NCBI GenBank assembly: GCA_964016885.1
Contig: OZ024742.1
Coordinates: 359,600,001-359,664,000, forward strand
DNA from: Eledone cirrhosa
Lineage: Eukaryota
Length of the DNA: 64,000 nucleotides
Direction: 5' to 3'
Shown piece after piece: positions 42,501-60,500 of this stretch (positions are counted from its first letter, which is position 1; every line of letters begins with the position of its first letter). Position numbers and translations under genes: made by a program. The notes under the pieces were generated by a model. That model saw nothing but the letters and a program-made list of their open reading frames with translations. It had not been told where the DNA came from and did no database searches.

Positions 42501-45500
42501 TAACAGGGGCAGATAACCACACATAAAAACAGACATAGGCTCACAGGGGCAGATAACCACACACACAAACACGGACATAGGTTACAGAGGCAGATAACCA
42601 CACACATAAACACAGACATAAACTAACAGGGGCAGATAACCACACACACAAACAAAGACATAGGCTCACAGGGGCAGATAACCACACACACACAAACACA
42701 GACATAGGCTAACAGGGGCAGATAACCACACACACAAACACAGACATAGGCTAACAGGGGCAGATAACCACACACACAAACACAGACATAGGCTCACAGG
42801 GGCAGATAACCGCACACACAAACACAGACATTGGCTAACAGAGGCAGATAACCACACACACAAACACAGACATAGGCTAACAGGGGCAGATAACCACACA
42901 CACAAACACAGACATAGGCTAACAGGGGCAGATAACGACACACACAAACACAGACATAGGCTATTAGGGGCAGATAACCACACACACATACACAGACATA
43001 GGCTAACAGAGGCAGATAACCACACACACAAACACAGACATAGACTAACAGGGGCAGATAACCACACACACAAACACAGTCATAGGCTCACAAGGGCAGA
43101 TAACCACACACACAAACACATACATAGACTCACAGGGGCAGATAACCACACACACAAACACAGACGTAGGCTAACAGGGGCAGATAACCATACACAGAAA
43201 CACAGACATTGGCTCAGAGGGGCAGATAACCACACACACAAACACAGACATAGGCTCACAGTGGCAGATAACGACACACACAAACACAGACATAGGCTCA
43301 CAGGGGCAGATAACCACACACACAAACACAGACATAGACTAACAGGGGCAGATAACCACACACACAAACACAGTCATAGGCTCACAGGGGCAGATAGCCA
43401 CACACACAAACAGACATAGGCTAACAGGGGCAGATAACCACATACACAAACACAGACATAGGCTAACAGGGGCAGATAACCACACACGCATAAACAGACA
43501 TAGGCTAACAGGGGCAGATAACCACACACATAGACAGACATACATTAACAGGGCCAGATAACCACACACACAAACACGGATATAGGCTAACAGGGGCAGA
43601 TAACCACACATAAAAACAGACATAGGCTCACAGGGGCAGATAACCACACACACAAACACGGACATAGGTTACAGAGGCAGATAACCACACACACAAACAC
43701 AGACATAGGCTAACAGGGGCAGATAACCACACACACAAACACGGACATAGGTTACAGAGGCAGATAACCAGACACACAAACACGGATATAGGCTAACAGG
43801 GGCAGATAACCACACATAAAAACAGACATAGGCTCACAGGGGCAGATAACCACACACGCAAACAGACATACGCTAAAAGGGGCAGATAACCACACACACA
43901 AACACAGACATAGGCTAACAGAGGCAGATAACAACACACAAACACAGACATAGGCTAACAGGGGCAGATAACCACACACACAAACACAGACATAGGTTAA
44001 TTGGGGCAGATAATCACACACACATACACAGACATAGTCTAACAGAGGCAGATAACCACACACACAAACACAGACATAGGCTCACAGGGGCAGATAACTA
44101 CACACACAAACACATACATAGACTCACAGGGGCAGATAACCACACACACAAACACAGACATAGGCTCACAGGGGCAGATAACCACACACACAAACACAGA
44201 CGTAGGCTAACAGGGGCATATAACCATACACAGAAACACAGACATTGGCTCAGAGGGGCAGATAACCACACACACAAACACAGACATAGGCTCACAGTGG
44301 CAGATAACCACACACACAAACACAGACATAGGCTCACAGGGGCAGATAACCACACACACAAACACAGACATAGGCTAACAGGGGCAGATAACCACACACA
44401 CAAACACAGACATAGGCTAACAGGGGCAGATAACCACACACATAGACAGACATACGTTAACAGGGCCAGATAACCACACACACAAACACGGATATAGGCT
44501 AACAGGGGCAGATAACCACACATAAAAACAGACATAGGCTCACAGGGGCAGATAACCACACACACAAACACGGACATAGGTTACAGAGGCAGATAACCAC
44601 ACACATGAACACAGACATAGACTAACAGGGGCAGATAACCACACACACAAACACAGACATAGGCTCACAGGGGCAGATAACCACACACACAAACACAGAC
44701 ATAGGCTAACAGGGGCAGATAACCACACACACAAACACAGACATAGGCTAACAGGGGCAGATAACCACACACACAAACAGACATAGGCTAACAGGGGCAG
44801 ATAACCACATACACAAACACAGACATAGGCTAACAGGGGCAGATAACCACACACACAAACACAGACATAGGCTCACAGGGGCAGATAGCCACACACACAA
44901 ACAGACATAGGCTAACAGGGGCAGATAACCACATACACAAACACAGACATAGGCTAACAGGGGCAGATAACCACACACGCATAAACAGACATAGGCTAAC
45001 AGGGGCAGATAACCACACACATAGAAAGACATACATTAACAGGGCCAGATAACCGCACACACAAACACGGATATAGGCTAACAGGGGCAGATAACCACAC
45101 ATAAAAACAGACATAGGCTCACAGGGGCAGATAACCACACACACAAACACGGACATAGGTTACAGAGGCAGATAACCACACACATAAACACAGACATAAA
45201 CTAACAGGGGCAGATAACCACACACACAAACACAGACATAGGCTCACAGGGGCAGATAACCACACACACACAAACACAGACATAGGCTAACAGGGGCAGA
45301 TAACCACACACACAAACACAGACATAGCCTAACAGGGGCAGATAACCACACACACAAACACAGACATAGGCTCACAGGGGCAGATAACCGCACACACAAA
45401 CACAGACATTGGCTAACAGAGGCAGATAACCACACACACAAACACAGACATAGGCTATCAGGGGCAGATAACCACACACACAAACACAGACATAGGCTAA

Positions 45501-48500
45501 CAGGGGCAGATAACGACACACACAAACACAGACATAGGCTATGAGGGGCAGATAACCACACACACATACACAGACATAGGCTAACAGAGGCAGATAACCA
45601 CACACACAAACACAGACATAGACTAACAGGGGCAGATAACCACACACACAAACACAGTCATAGGCTCACAGGGGCAGATAACCACACACACAAACACATA
45701 CATAGACTCACAGGGGCAGATAACCACACACACAAACACAGACGTAGGCTAACAGGGGCAGATAACCATACACAGAAACACAGACATTGGCTCAGAGGGG
45801 CAGATAACCACACACACAAACACAGACATAGGCTCACAGTGGCAGATAACGACACACACAAACACAGACATAGGCTCACAGGGGCAGATAACCACACACA
45901 CAAACACAGACATAGACTAACAGGGGCAGATAACCACACACACAAACACAGACATAGGCTCACAGGGGCAGATAGCCACACACACAAACAGACATAGGCT
46001 AACAGGGGCAGATAACCACATACACAAACACAGACATAGGCTAACAGGGGCAGATAACCACACACGCATAAACAGACATAGGCTAACAGGGGCAGATAAC
46101 CACATACACAAACACAGACATAGGTTAACAGGGACAGATAACCACACACACAAACACGGATATAGGCTAACAGGGGCAGATAACCACACATAAAAACAGA
46201 CATAGGCTCACAGGGGCAGATAACCACACACACAAACACGGACATAGGTTACAGAGGCAGATAACCACACACACAAACACAGACATAGGCTCACAGTGGC
46301 AGATAACCACACACACTAACACAGACATAGGCTAACAGAGGCAGATAACAACACACATAAAGAGACATACGCTAACAGGGGCAGATAACCACACACGCAA
46401 ACAGACATACGCTAACAGGGGCAGATAACCACACACACTAACACAGACATAGGCTAACAGAGGCAGATGACAACACACATAAAGAGACATACGCTAACAG
46501 GGGCAGATAACCACACACACAAACACAGACATAGGTTAATTGGGGCAGATAATCACACACACATACACAGACATAGTCTAACAGAGGCAGATAACCACAC
46601 ACACAAACACAGACATAGGCTCACAGGGGCAGATAACCACACACACAAACACATACATAGACTCACAGGGGCAGATAACCACACACACAAACACAGACAT
46701 AGGCTCACAGGGGCAGATAACCACACACACAAACACAGACGTAGGCTAACAGGGGCATATAACCATACACAGAAACACAGACATTGGCTCAGAGGGGCAG
46801 ATAACCACACACACAAACACAGACATAGGCTCACAGTGGCAGATAACCACACACACAAACACAGACATAGGCTCACAGGGGCAGATAACCACACACACAA
46901 ACACAGACATAGGCTAACAGGGGCAGATAACCACACCCACAAACACAGACATAGGCTCACAGGGGCAGATAGCCACACACACAAACAGACATAGGCTAAC
47001 AGGGGCAGATAACCACATACACATACACAGACATAGGTTAACAGGGGCAGATAACCACACACGCATAAACAGACATAGGTTAACAGGGGCAGATAACCAC
47101 ACACATAGACAGACATACGTTAACAGGGCCAGATAACCACACACACAAACACGGATATAGGCTAACAGGGGCAGATAACCACACATAAAAACAGACATAG
47201 GCTCACAGGGGCAGATAACCACACACACAAACACGGACATAGGTTACAGAGGCAGATAACCACACACATGAACACAGACATAGACTAACAGGGGCAGATA
47301 ACCACACACACAAACACAGACATAGGCTCACAGGGGCAGATAACCACACACACAAACACAGACATAGGCTAACAGGGGCAGATAACCACACACACAAACA
47401 CAGACATAGGCTAACAGGGGCAGATAACCACACACACAAACACAGACATAGGCTCACAGGGGCAGATAACCGCACACACAAACACAGACATAGGCTAACA
47501 GAGGCAGATAACCACACACACAAACACAGACATAGGCTAACAGGGGCAGATAACCACACACACAAACACAGACATAGGCTAACAGGGGCAGATAACGACA
47601 CACGCAAACACAGACATAGGCTATTAGGGGCAGATAACCACACACACATACACAGACATAGGCTAACAGAGGCAGATAACCACACACACAAACACAGACA
47701 TAGACTAACAGGGGCAGATAACCACACACACAAACACAGACATAGGCTCACAGGGGCAGATAACCACACACACAAACACATACATAGACTCACAGGGGCA
47801 GATAACCACACACACAAACACAGACATAGGCTCACAGGGGCAGATAACCACACACACAAACACAGACGTAGGCTAACAGGGGCAGATAACCATACACAGA
47901 AACACAGACATTGGCTCAGAGGGGCAGATAATCACACACACAAACACAGACATAGGCTCACAGTGGCAGATAACGACACACACAAACACAGACATAGGCT
48001 CACAGGGGCAGATAACCAAACACACAAACACAGACATAGACTAACAGGGGCAGATAACCACACACACAAACACAGACATAGGCTCACAGGGGCAGGTAGC
48101 CACACACACAAACAGACATAGGCTAACAGGGGCAGATAACCACATACACAAACACAGACATAGGCTAACAGGGGCAGATAACCACACACATAGACAGACA
48201 TACGTTAACAGGGCCAGATAACCACACTCACAAACACGGATATTGGCTAACAGGGGCAGATAACCACACATAAAAACAGACATAGGCTCACAGGGGCAGA
48301 TAACCACACACACAAACACGGACATAGGCTAACAGGGGCAGATAACCACACACATAAACAGACATAGGCTAACAGGGGCAGATAACCACACACGCAAACA
48401 CAGACATAGGCTAACAGGGGCAGATAACCACACACGCAAACACAGACATAGACTAACAGGGGCAGATAACCACACACACAAACACAGACATAGGCTAACA

Positions 48501-51500
48501 GAGGCAGATAACAACACACATAAAGAGACATACGCTAACAGGGGCAGATGACCACACACACAAACACAGACATAGGTTAATTGGGGCAGATAATCACACA
48601 CATAGACAGACATAGGCTAACAGGGGCAGATAACCACACACACAAACACAGACATAGGCTATTAGGGACAGATAACCACACACACATACACAGACATAGG
48701 CTAACAGAGGCAGATAACCACACACACAAACACAGACATAGGCTCACAGGGGCAGATAACCACACACACAAACACATACATAGACTCACAGGGGCAGATA
48801 ACCACACACACAAACACAGACATAGGCTCACAGGGGCAGATAACCACACACACAAACACAGACGTAGGCTAACAGGGGCATATAACCATACACAGAAACA
48901 CAGACATTGGCTCAGAGGGGCAGATAACCACACACACAAACACAGACATAGGCTCACAGTGGCAGATAACCACACACACAAACACAGACATAGGCTCACA
49001 GGGGCAGATAACCACACACACAAACACAGACATAGGCTAACAGGGGCAGATAACCACATACACAAACACAGACATAGGCTAACAGGGGCAGATAACCACA
49101 CACGCATAAACAGACATAGGCTAACAGGGGCAGTTAACCACACACACAAACACAGACATAGGCTCACAGGGGCAGATAACCGCACACACAAACACAGACA
49201 TAGGCTAACAGAGGCAGATAACCACACACACAAACACAGACATAGGCTAACAGGGGCAGATAACCACACACACAAACACAGACATAGGCTAACAGGGGCA
49301 GATAACGACACACACAAACACAGACATAGGCTATTAGGGGCAGATAACCACACACACATACACAGACATAGGCTAACAGAGGCAGATAACCACACACACA
49401 AACACAGACATAGACTAACAGGGGCAGATAACCACACACACAAACACATACATAGAGTCACAGGGGCAGATAACCACACACACAAACACATACATAGACT
49501 CACAGGGGCAGATAACCACACACACAAACACAGACATAGGCTCACAGGGGCAGATAACCACACACACAAACACAGACGTAGGCTAACAGGGGCAGATAAC
49601 CATACAAAGAAACACAGACATTGGCTCAGAGGGGCAGATAACCACACACACAAACACAGACATAGGCTCACAGTGGCAGATAACGACACACACAAACACA
49701 GACATAGGCTCACATGGGCAGATAACCACACACACAAACACAGACATAGGCTAACAGGGGCAGATAACCACACACACAAACACAGACATAGGCTCACAGG
49801 GGCAGATAGCCACACACACAAACAGACATAGGCTAACAGGGGCAGATAACCACATACACAAACACAGACATAGGCTAACAGGGGTAGATAACCACACACG
49901 CATACACAGACATAGGCTAACAGGGGCAGATAACCACACACATAGACAGACATACGTTAACAGGGCCAGATAACCACACACACAAATACGGATATAGGCT
50001 AACAGGGGCAGATAAACACACATAAAAACAGACATAGGCTCACAGGGGCAGATAACCACACACACAAACACGGACATAGGCTAACAGGGGCAGATAACCA
50101 CACACATAAACAGACATAGGCTAACAGGGGCAGATAACCACACACGCAAACACAGACATAGCCTAACAGGGGCAGATAACCACACAAATAAACAGACATA
50201 CGCTAACAGGGGCAGATAACCACACACACACAAACACAGACATAGGCTAACAGAGGCAGATAACAACACACATAAAGAGACATACGCTAACAGGGGCAGA
50301 TATCCACACACACAAACACAGACATAGGTTAATTGGGGCAGATAATCACACACACATACACAGACATAGACTCACAGGGGCAGATAACCACACACAGAAA
50401 CACAGACATAGGCTCACAGGGGCAGATAACCACACACACAAACACAGACGTAGGCTAACAGGGGCATATAACCATACACAGAAAAACAGAAATTGGCTCA
50501 GAGGGGCAGATAACCACACACACAAACACAGACATAGGCTCACAGTGGCAGATAACCACACACACAAACACAGACATAGGCTCACAGGAGCAGATAACCA
50601 CACACACAAACACATACATAGACTCACAGGGGCAGATAACCACACACACAAACACAGACATAGGCTCACAGGGGCAGATAACCACACACACAAACACAGA
50701 CGTAGGCTAACAGGGGCATATAACCATACACAGAAACACAGACATTGGCTCAGAGGGGCAGATAACCACACACACAAACACAGACATAGGCTCACAGTGG
50801 CAGATAACCACACACACAAACACAGACATAGGCTCACAGGGGCAGATAACCACACACACAAACACAGACATAGGCTAACAGGGGCAGATAACCACACACA
50901 CAAACACAGACATAGGCTCACAGGGGCAGATAGCCACACACACAAACAGACATAGGCTAACAGGGGCAGATAACCACATACACAAACACAGACATAGGTT
51001 AACAGGGGCAGATAACCACACACGCATAAACAGACATAGGCTAACAGGGGCAGATAACCACACACATAGACAGACATACGTTAACAGGGCCAGATAACCA
51101 CACACACAAACACGGATATAGGCTAACAGGGGCAGATAACCACACATAAAAACAGACATAGGCTCACAGGGGCAGATAACCACACACACAAACACGGACA
51201 TAGGTTACAGAGGCAGATAACCACACACATGAACACAGACATAGACTAACAGGGGCAGATAACCACACACACAAACACAGACATAGGCTCACAGGGGCAG
51301 ATAACCACACACACAAACACAGACATAGGCTAACAGGGGCAGATAACCACACACACAAACACAGACATAGGCTAACAGGGGCAGATAACCACACACACAA
51401 ACACAGACATAGGCTCACAGGGGCAGATAACCGCACACACAAACACAGACATAGGCTAACAGAGGCAGATAACCACACACACAAACACAGACATAGGCTA

Positions 51501-54500
51501 ACAGGGGCAGATAACCACACACACAAACACAGACATAGGCTAACAGGGGCAGATAACGACACACACAAACACAGACATAGGCTATTAGGGGCAGATGACC
51601 ACACACACATACACAGACATAGGCTAACAGAGGCAGATAACCACACACACAAACACAGACATAGACTAACAGGGGCAGATAACCACACACACAAACACAG
51701 ACATAGGCTCACAGGGGCAGATAACCACACACACAAACACATACATAGACTCAAAGGGGCAGATAACCACACACACAAACACAGACATAGGCTCACAGGG
51801 GCAGATAACCACACACACAAACACAGACGTAGGCTAACAGGGGCAGATAACCATACACAGAAACACAGACATTGGCTCAGAGGGGCAGATAACCACACAC
51901 ACAAACACAGACATAGGCTCACAGTGGCAGATAACGACACACACAAACACAGACATAGGCTCACAGGGGCAGATAACCAAACACACAAACACAGACATAG
52001 ACTAACAGGGGCAGATAACCACACACACAAACACAGACATAGGCTCACAGGGGCAGATAACCGCACACACAAACACAGACATAGGCTAACAGAGGCAGAT
52101 AACCACACACACAAACACAGACATAGGCTAACAGGGGCAGATAACCACACACACAAACACAGACATAGGCTAACAGGGGCAGATAACGACACACACAAAC
52201 ACAGACATAGGCTATTAGGGGCACATAACCACACACACATACACAGACATAGGCTAACAGAGGCAGATAACCACACACACAAACACAGACATAGACTAAC
52301 AGGGGCAGATAACCACACACACAAACACATACATAGACTCACAGGGGCAGATAACCACACACACAAACACATACATAGACTCACAGGGGCAGATAACCAC
52401 ACACACAAACACAGACATAGGCTCACAGGGGCAGATAACCACACACACAAACACAGACGTAGGCTAACAGGGGCAGATAACCATACACAGAAACACAGAC
52501 ATTGGCTCAGAGCGGCAGATAACCACACACACAAACACAGACATAGGCTCACAGTGGCAGATAACGACACACACAAACACAGACATAGGCTCACATGGGC
52601 AGATAACCACACACACAAACACAGACATAGGCTAACAGGGGCAGATAACCACACACACAAACACAGACATAGGCTCACAGGGGCAGATAGCCACACACAC
52701 AAACAGACATAGGCTAACAGGGGCAGATAACCACATACACAAACACAGACATAGGCTAACAGGGGTAGATAACCACACACGCATACACAGACATAGGCTA
52801 ACAGGGGCAGATAACCACACACATAGACAGACATACGTTAACAGGGCCAGATAACCACACACACAAATACGGATATAGGCTAACAGGGGCAGATAAACAC
52901 ACATAAAAACAGACATAGGCTCACAGGGGCAGATAACCACACACACAAACACGGACATAGGCTAACAGGGGCAGATAACCACACACATAAACAGACATAG
53001 GCTAAAAGGGGCAGATAACCACACACGCAAACACAGACATAGGCTAACAGGGGCAGATAACCACACAAATAAACAGACATACGCTAACAGGGGCAGATAA
53101 ACACACACACACAAACACAGACATAGGCTAACAGAGGCAGATAACAACACACATAAAGAGACATACGCTAACAGGGGCAGATATCCACACACACAAACAC
53201 AGACATAGGTTAATTGGGGCAGATAATCACACACACATACACAGACATAGACTCACAGGGGCAGATAACCACACACACAAACACAGACATAGGCTCACAG
53301 GGGCAGATAACCACACACACAAACACAGACGTAGGCTAACAGGGGCATATAACCATACACAGAAACACAGAAATTGGCTCAGAGGGGCAGATAACCACAC
53401 ACATAAACACAGACATAGGCTCACAGGGGCAGATAACCACACACACACAAACACAGACATAGGCTAACAGGGGCAGATAACCACACACACAAACACAGAC
53501 ATAGGCTCACAGGGGCAGATAACCACACACACACAAACACAGACATAGGCTAACAGGGGCAGATAACCACACACACAAACACAGACATAGGCTAACAGGG
53601 GCAGATAACCACACACATAGACAGACATACGTTAACAGGGCCAGATAACCACACACACAAACACGGATATAGGCTAACAGGGGCAGATAACCACACATAA
53701 AAACAGACATAGGCTCACAGGGGCAGATAACCACACACACAAACACGGACATAGGTTACAGAGGCAGATAACCACACACATGAACACAGACATAGACTAA
53801 CAGGGGCAGATAACCACACACACAAACACAGACATAGGCTAACAGGGGCAGATAACCACACACACAAACACAGACATAGGCTAACAGGGGCAGATAACCA
53901 CACACACAAACAGACATAGGCTAACAGGGGCAGATAACCACATACACAAACACAGACATAGGCTAACAGGGGCAGATAACCACACACACAAACACAGACA
54001 TAGGCTCACAGGGGCAGATAGCCACACACACAAACAGACATAGGCTAACAGGGGCAGATAACCACATACACAAACACAGACATAGGCTAACAGGGGCAGA
54101 TAACCACACACGCATAAACAGACATAGGCTAACAGGGGCAGATAACCACACACATAGAAAGACATACATTAACAGGGCCAGATAACCGCACACACAAACA
54201 CGGATATAGGCTAACAGGGGCAGATAACCACACATAAAAACAGACATAGGCTCACAGGGGCAGATAACCACACACACAAACACGGACATAGGTTACAGAG
54301 GCAGATAACCACACACATAAACACAGACATAAACTAACAGGGGCAGATAACCACACACACAAACACAGACATAGGCTCACAGGGGCAGATAACCACACAC
54401 ACACAAACACAGACATAGGCTAACAGGGGCAGATAACCACACACACAAACACAGACATAGCCTAACAGGGGCAGATAACCACACACACAAACACAGACAT

Positions 54501-57500
54501 AGGCTCACAGGGGCAGATAACCGCACACACAAACACAGACATTGGCTAACAGAGGCAGATAACCACACACACAAACACAGACATAGGCTATCAGGGGCAG
54601 ATAACCACACACACAAACACAGGCATAGGCTAACAGGGGCAGATAACGACACACACAAACACAGACATAGGCTATGAGGGGCAGATAACCACACACACAT
54701 ACACAGACATAGGCTAACAGAGGCAGATAACCACACACACAAACACAGACATAGACTAACAGGGGCAGATAACCACACACACAAACACAGTCATAGGCTC
54801 ACAGGGGCAGATAACCACACACACAAACACATACATAGACTCACAGGGGCAGATAACCACACACACAAACACAGACGTAGGCTAACAGGGGCAGATAACC
54901 ATACACAGAAACACAGACATTGGCTCAGAGGGGCAGATAACCACACACACAAACACAGACATAGGCTCACAGTGGCAGATAACGACACACACAAACACAG
55001 ACATAGGCTCACAGGGGCAGATAGCCACACACACAAACAGACATAGGCTAACAGGAGCAGATAACCACATACACAAACACAGACATAGGCTAACAGGGGC
55101 AGATAACCACACACGCATAAACAGACATAGGCTAACAGGGGCAGATAACCACATACACAAACACAGACATAGGTTAACAGGGGCAGATAACCACACCCAC
55201 AAACACGGATATAGGCTAACAGGGGCAGATAACCACACATAAAAACAGACATAGGCTCACAGGGGCAGATAACCACACACACAAACACGGACATAGGTTA
55301 CAGAGGCAGATAACCACACACACAAACACAGACATAGGCTCACAGTGGCAGATAACCACACACACTAACACAGACATAGGCTAACAGAGGCAGATAACAA
55401 CACACATAAAGAGACATACGCTAACAGGGGCAGATAACCACACACGCAAACAGACATACGCTAACAGGGGCAGATAACCACACACACTAACACAGACATA
55501 GGCTAACAGAGGCAGATAACAACACACATAAAGAGACATACGCTAACAGGGGCAGATAACCACACACACAAACACAGACATAGGTTAATTGGGGCAGATA
55601 ATCACACACACATACACAGACATAGTCTAACAGAGGCAGATAACCACACACACAAACACAGACATAGGCTCACAGGGGCAGATAACCACACACACAAACA
55701 CATACATAGACTCACAGGGGCAGATAACCACACACACAAACACAGACATAGGCTCACAGGGGCAGATAACCACACACACAAACACAGACGTAGGCTAACA
55801 GGGGCATATAACCATACACAGAAACACAGACATTGGCTCAGAGGGGCAGATAACCACACACACAAACACAGACATAGGCTCACAGTGGCAGATAACCACA
55901 CACACAAACACAGACATAGGCTCACAGGGGCAGATAACCACACACACAAACACAGACATAGGCTAACAGGGGCAGATAACCACACCCACAAACACAGACA
56001 TAGGCTCACAGGGGCAGATAGCCACACACACAAACAGACATAGGCTAACAGGGGCAGATAACCACATACACAAACACAGACATAGGTTAACAGGGGCAGA
56101 TAACCACACCCACAAACACGGATATAGGCTAACAGGGGCAGATAACCACACATAAAAACAGACATAGGCTCACAGGGGCAGATAACCACACACACAAACA
56201 CGGACATAGGTTACAGAGGCAGATAACCACACACACAAACACAGACATAGGCTCACAGTGGCAGATAACCACACACACTAACACAGACATAGGCTAACAG
56301 AGGCAGATAACAACACACATAAAGAGACATACGCTAACAGGGGCAGATAACCACACACGCAAACAGACATACGCTAACAGGGGCAGATAACCACACACAC
56401 TAACACAGACATAGGCTAACAGAGGCAGATAACAACACACATAAAGAGACATACGCTAACAGGGGCAGATAACCACACACACAAACACAGACATAGGTTA
56501 ATTGGGGCAGATAATCACACACACATACACAGACATAGTCTAACAGAGGCAGATAACCACACACACAAACACAGACATAGGCTCACAGGGGCAGATAACC
56601 ACACACACAAACACATACATAGACTCACAGGGGCAGATAACCACACACACAAACACAGACATAGGCTCACAGGGGCAGATAACCACACACACAAACACAG
56701 ACGTAGGCTAACAGGGGCATATAACCATACACAGAAACACAGACATTGGCTCAGAGGGGCAGATAACCACACACACAAACACAGACATAGGCTCACAGTG
56801 GCAGATAACCACACACACAAACACAGACATAGGCTCACAGGGGCAGATAACCACACACACAAACACAGACATAGGCTAACAGGGGCAGATAACCACACCC
56901 ACAAACACAGACATAGGCTCACAGGGGCAGATAGCCACACACACAAACAGACATAGGCTAACAGGGGCAGATAACCACATACACATACACAGACATAGGT
57001 TAACAGGGGCAGATAACCACACACGCATAAACAGACATAGGCTAACAGGGGCAGATAACCACACACATAGACAGACATACGTTAACAGGGCCAGATAACC
57101 ACACACACAAACACGGATATAGGCTAACAGGGGCAGATAACCACACATAAAAACAGACATAGGCTCACAGGGGCAGATAACCACACACACAAACACGGAC
57201 ATAGGTTACAGAGGCAGATAACCACACACATGAACACAGACATAGACTAACAGGGGCAGATAACCACACACACAAACACAGACATAGGCTCACAGGGGCA
57301 GATAACCACACACACAAACACAGACATAGGCTAACAGGGGCAGATAACCACACACACAAACACAGACATAGGCTAACAGGGGCAGATAACCACACACACA
57401 AACACAGACATAGGCTCACAGGGGCAGATAACCGCACACACAAACACAGACATAGGCTAACAGAGGCAGATAACCACACACACAAACACAGACATAGGCT

Positions 57501-60500
57501 AACAGGGGCAGATAACCACACACACAAACACAGACATAGGCTAACAGGGGCAGATAACGACACACGCAAACACAGACATAGGCTATTAGGGGCAGATAAC
57601 CACACACACATACACAGACATAGGCTAACAGAGGCAGATAACCACACACACAAACACAGACATAGACTAACAGGGGCAGATAACCACACACACAAACACA
57701 GACATAGGCTCACAGGGGCAGATAACCACACACACAAACACATACATAGACTCACAGGGGCAGATAACCACACACACAAACACAGACATAGGCTCACAGG
57801 GGCAGATAACCACACACACAAACACAGACGTAGGCTAACAGGGGCAGATAACCATACACAGAAACACAGACATTGGCTCAGAGGGGCAGATAACCACACA
57901 CACAAACACAGACATAGGCTCACAGTGGCAGATAACGACACACACAAACACAGACATAGGCTCACAGGGGCAGATAACCAAACACACAAACACAGACATA
58001 GACTAACAGGGGCAGATAACCACACACACAAACACAGACATAGGCTCACAGGGGCAGGTAGCCACACACACAAACAGACATAGGCTAACAGGGGCAGATA
58101 ACCACATACACAAACACAGACATAGGCTAACAGGGGCAGATAACCACACACATAGACAGACATACGTTAACAGGGCCAGATAACCACACTCACAAACACG
58201 GATATTGGCTAACAGGGGCAGATAACCACACATAAAAACAGACATAGGCTCACAGGGGCAGATAACCACACACACAAACACGGACATAGGCTAACAGGGG
58301 CAGATAACCACACACATAAACAGACATAGGCTAACAGGGGCAGATAACCACACACGCAAACACAGACATAGGCTAACAGGGGCAGATAACCACACACGCA
58401 AACACAGACATAGACTAACAGGGGCAGATAACCACACACACAAACACAGACATAGGCTAACAGAGGCAGATAACAACACACATAAAGAGACATACGCTAA
58501 CAGGGGCAGATGACCACACACACAAACACAGACATAGGTTAATTGGGGCAGATAATCACACACATAGACAGACATAGGCTAACAGGGGCAGATAACCACA
58601 CACACAAACACAGACATAGGCTATTAGGGACAGATAACCACACACACATACACAGACATAGGCTAACAGAGGCAGATAACCACACACACAAACACAGACA
58701 TAGGCTCACAGGGGCAGATAACCACACACACAAACACATACATAGACTCACAGGGGCAGATAACCACACACACAAACACAGACATAGGCTCACAGGGGCA
58801 GATAACCACACACACAAACACAGACGTAGGCTAACAGGGGCATATAACCATACACAGAAACACAGACATTGGCTCAGAGGGGCAGATAACCACACACACA
58901 AACACAGACATAGGCTCACAGTGGCAGATAACCACACACACAAACACAGACATAGGCTCACAGGGGCAGATAACCACACACACAAACACAGACATAGGCT
59001 AACAGGGGCAGATAACCACATACACAAACACAGACATAGGCTAACAGGGGCAGATAACCACACACGCATAAACAGACATAGGCTAACAGGGGCAGTTAAC
59101 CACACACACAAACACAGACATAGGCTCACAGGGGCAGATAACCGCACACACAAACACAGACATAGGCTAACAGAGGCAGATAACCACACACACAAACACA
59201 GACATAGGCTAACAGGGGCAGATAACCACACACACAAACACAGACATAGGCTAACAGGGGCAGATAACGACACACACAAACACAGACATAGGCTATTAGG
59301 GGCAGATAACCACACACACATACACAGACATAGGCTAACAGAGGCAGATAACCACACACACAAACACAGACATAGACTAACAGGGGCAGATAACCACACA
59401 CACAAACACATACATAGAGTCACAGGGGCAGATAACCACACACACAAACACATACATAGACTCACAGGGGCAGATAACCACACACACAAACACAGACATA
59501 GGCTCACAGGGGCAGATAACCACACACACAAACACAGACGTAGGCTAACAGGGGCAGATAACCATACACAGAAACACAGACATTGGCTCAGAGGGGCAGA
59601 TAACCACACACACAAACAGACATAGGCTAACAGGGGCAGATAACCACATACACAAACACAGACATAGGCTAACAGGGGTAGATAACCACACACGCATACA
59701 CAGACATAGGCTAACAGGGGCAGAAAACCACACACATAGACAGACATACGTTAACAGGGCCAGATAACCACACACACAAATACGGATATAGGCTAACAGG
59801 GGCAGATAAACACACATAAAAACAGACATAGGCTCACAGGGGCAGATAACCACACACACAAACACGGACATAGGCTAACAGGGGCAGATAACCACACACA
59901 TAAACAGACATAGGCTAACAGGGGCAGATAACCACACACGCAAACACAGACATAGGCTAACAGGGGCAGATAACCACACAAATAAACAGACATACGCTAA
60001 CAGGGGCAGATAACCACACACACACAAACACAGACATAGGCTAACAGAGGCAGATAACAACACACATAAAGAGACATACGCTAACAGGGGCAGATATCCA
60101 CACACACAAACACAGACATAGGTTAATTGGGGCAGATAATCACACACACATACACAGACATAGACTCACAGGGGCAGATAACCACACACACAAACACAGA
60201 CATAGGCTCACAGGGGCAGATAACCACACACACAAACACAGACGTAGGCTAACAGGGGCATATAACCATACACAGAAAAACAGAAATTGGCTCAGAGGGG
60301 CAGATAACCACACACACAAACACAGACATAGGCTCACAGTGGCAGATAACCACACACACAAACACAGACATAGGCTCACAGGAGCAGATAACCACACACA
60401 CAAACACATACATAGACTCACAGGGGCAGATAACCACACACACAAACACAGACATAGGCTCACAGGGGCAGATAACCACACACACAAACACAGACGTAGG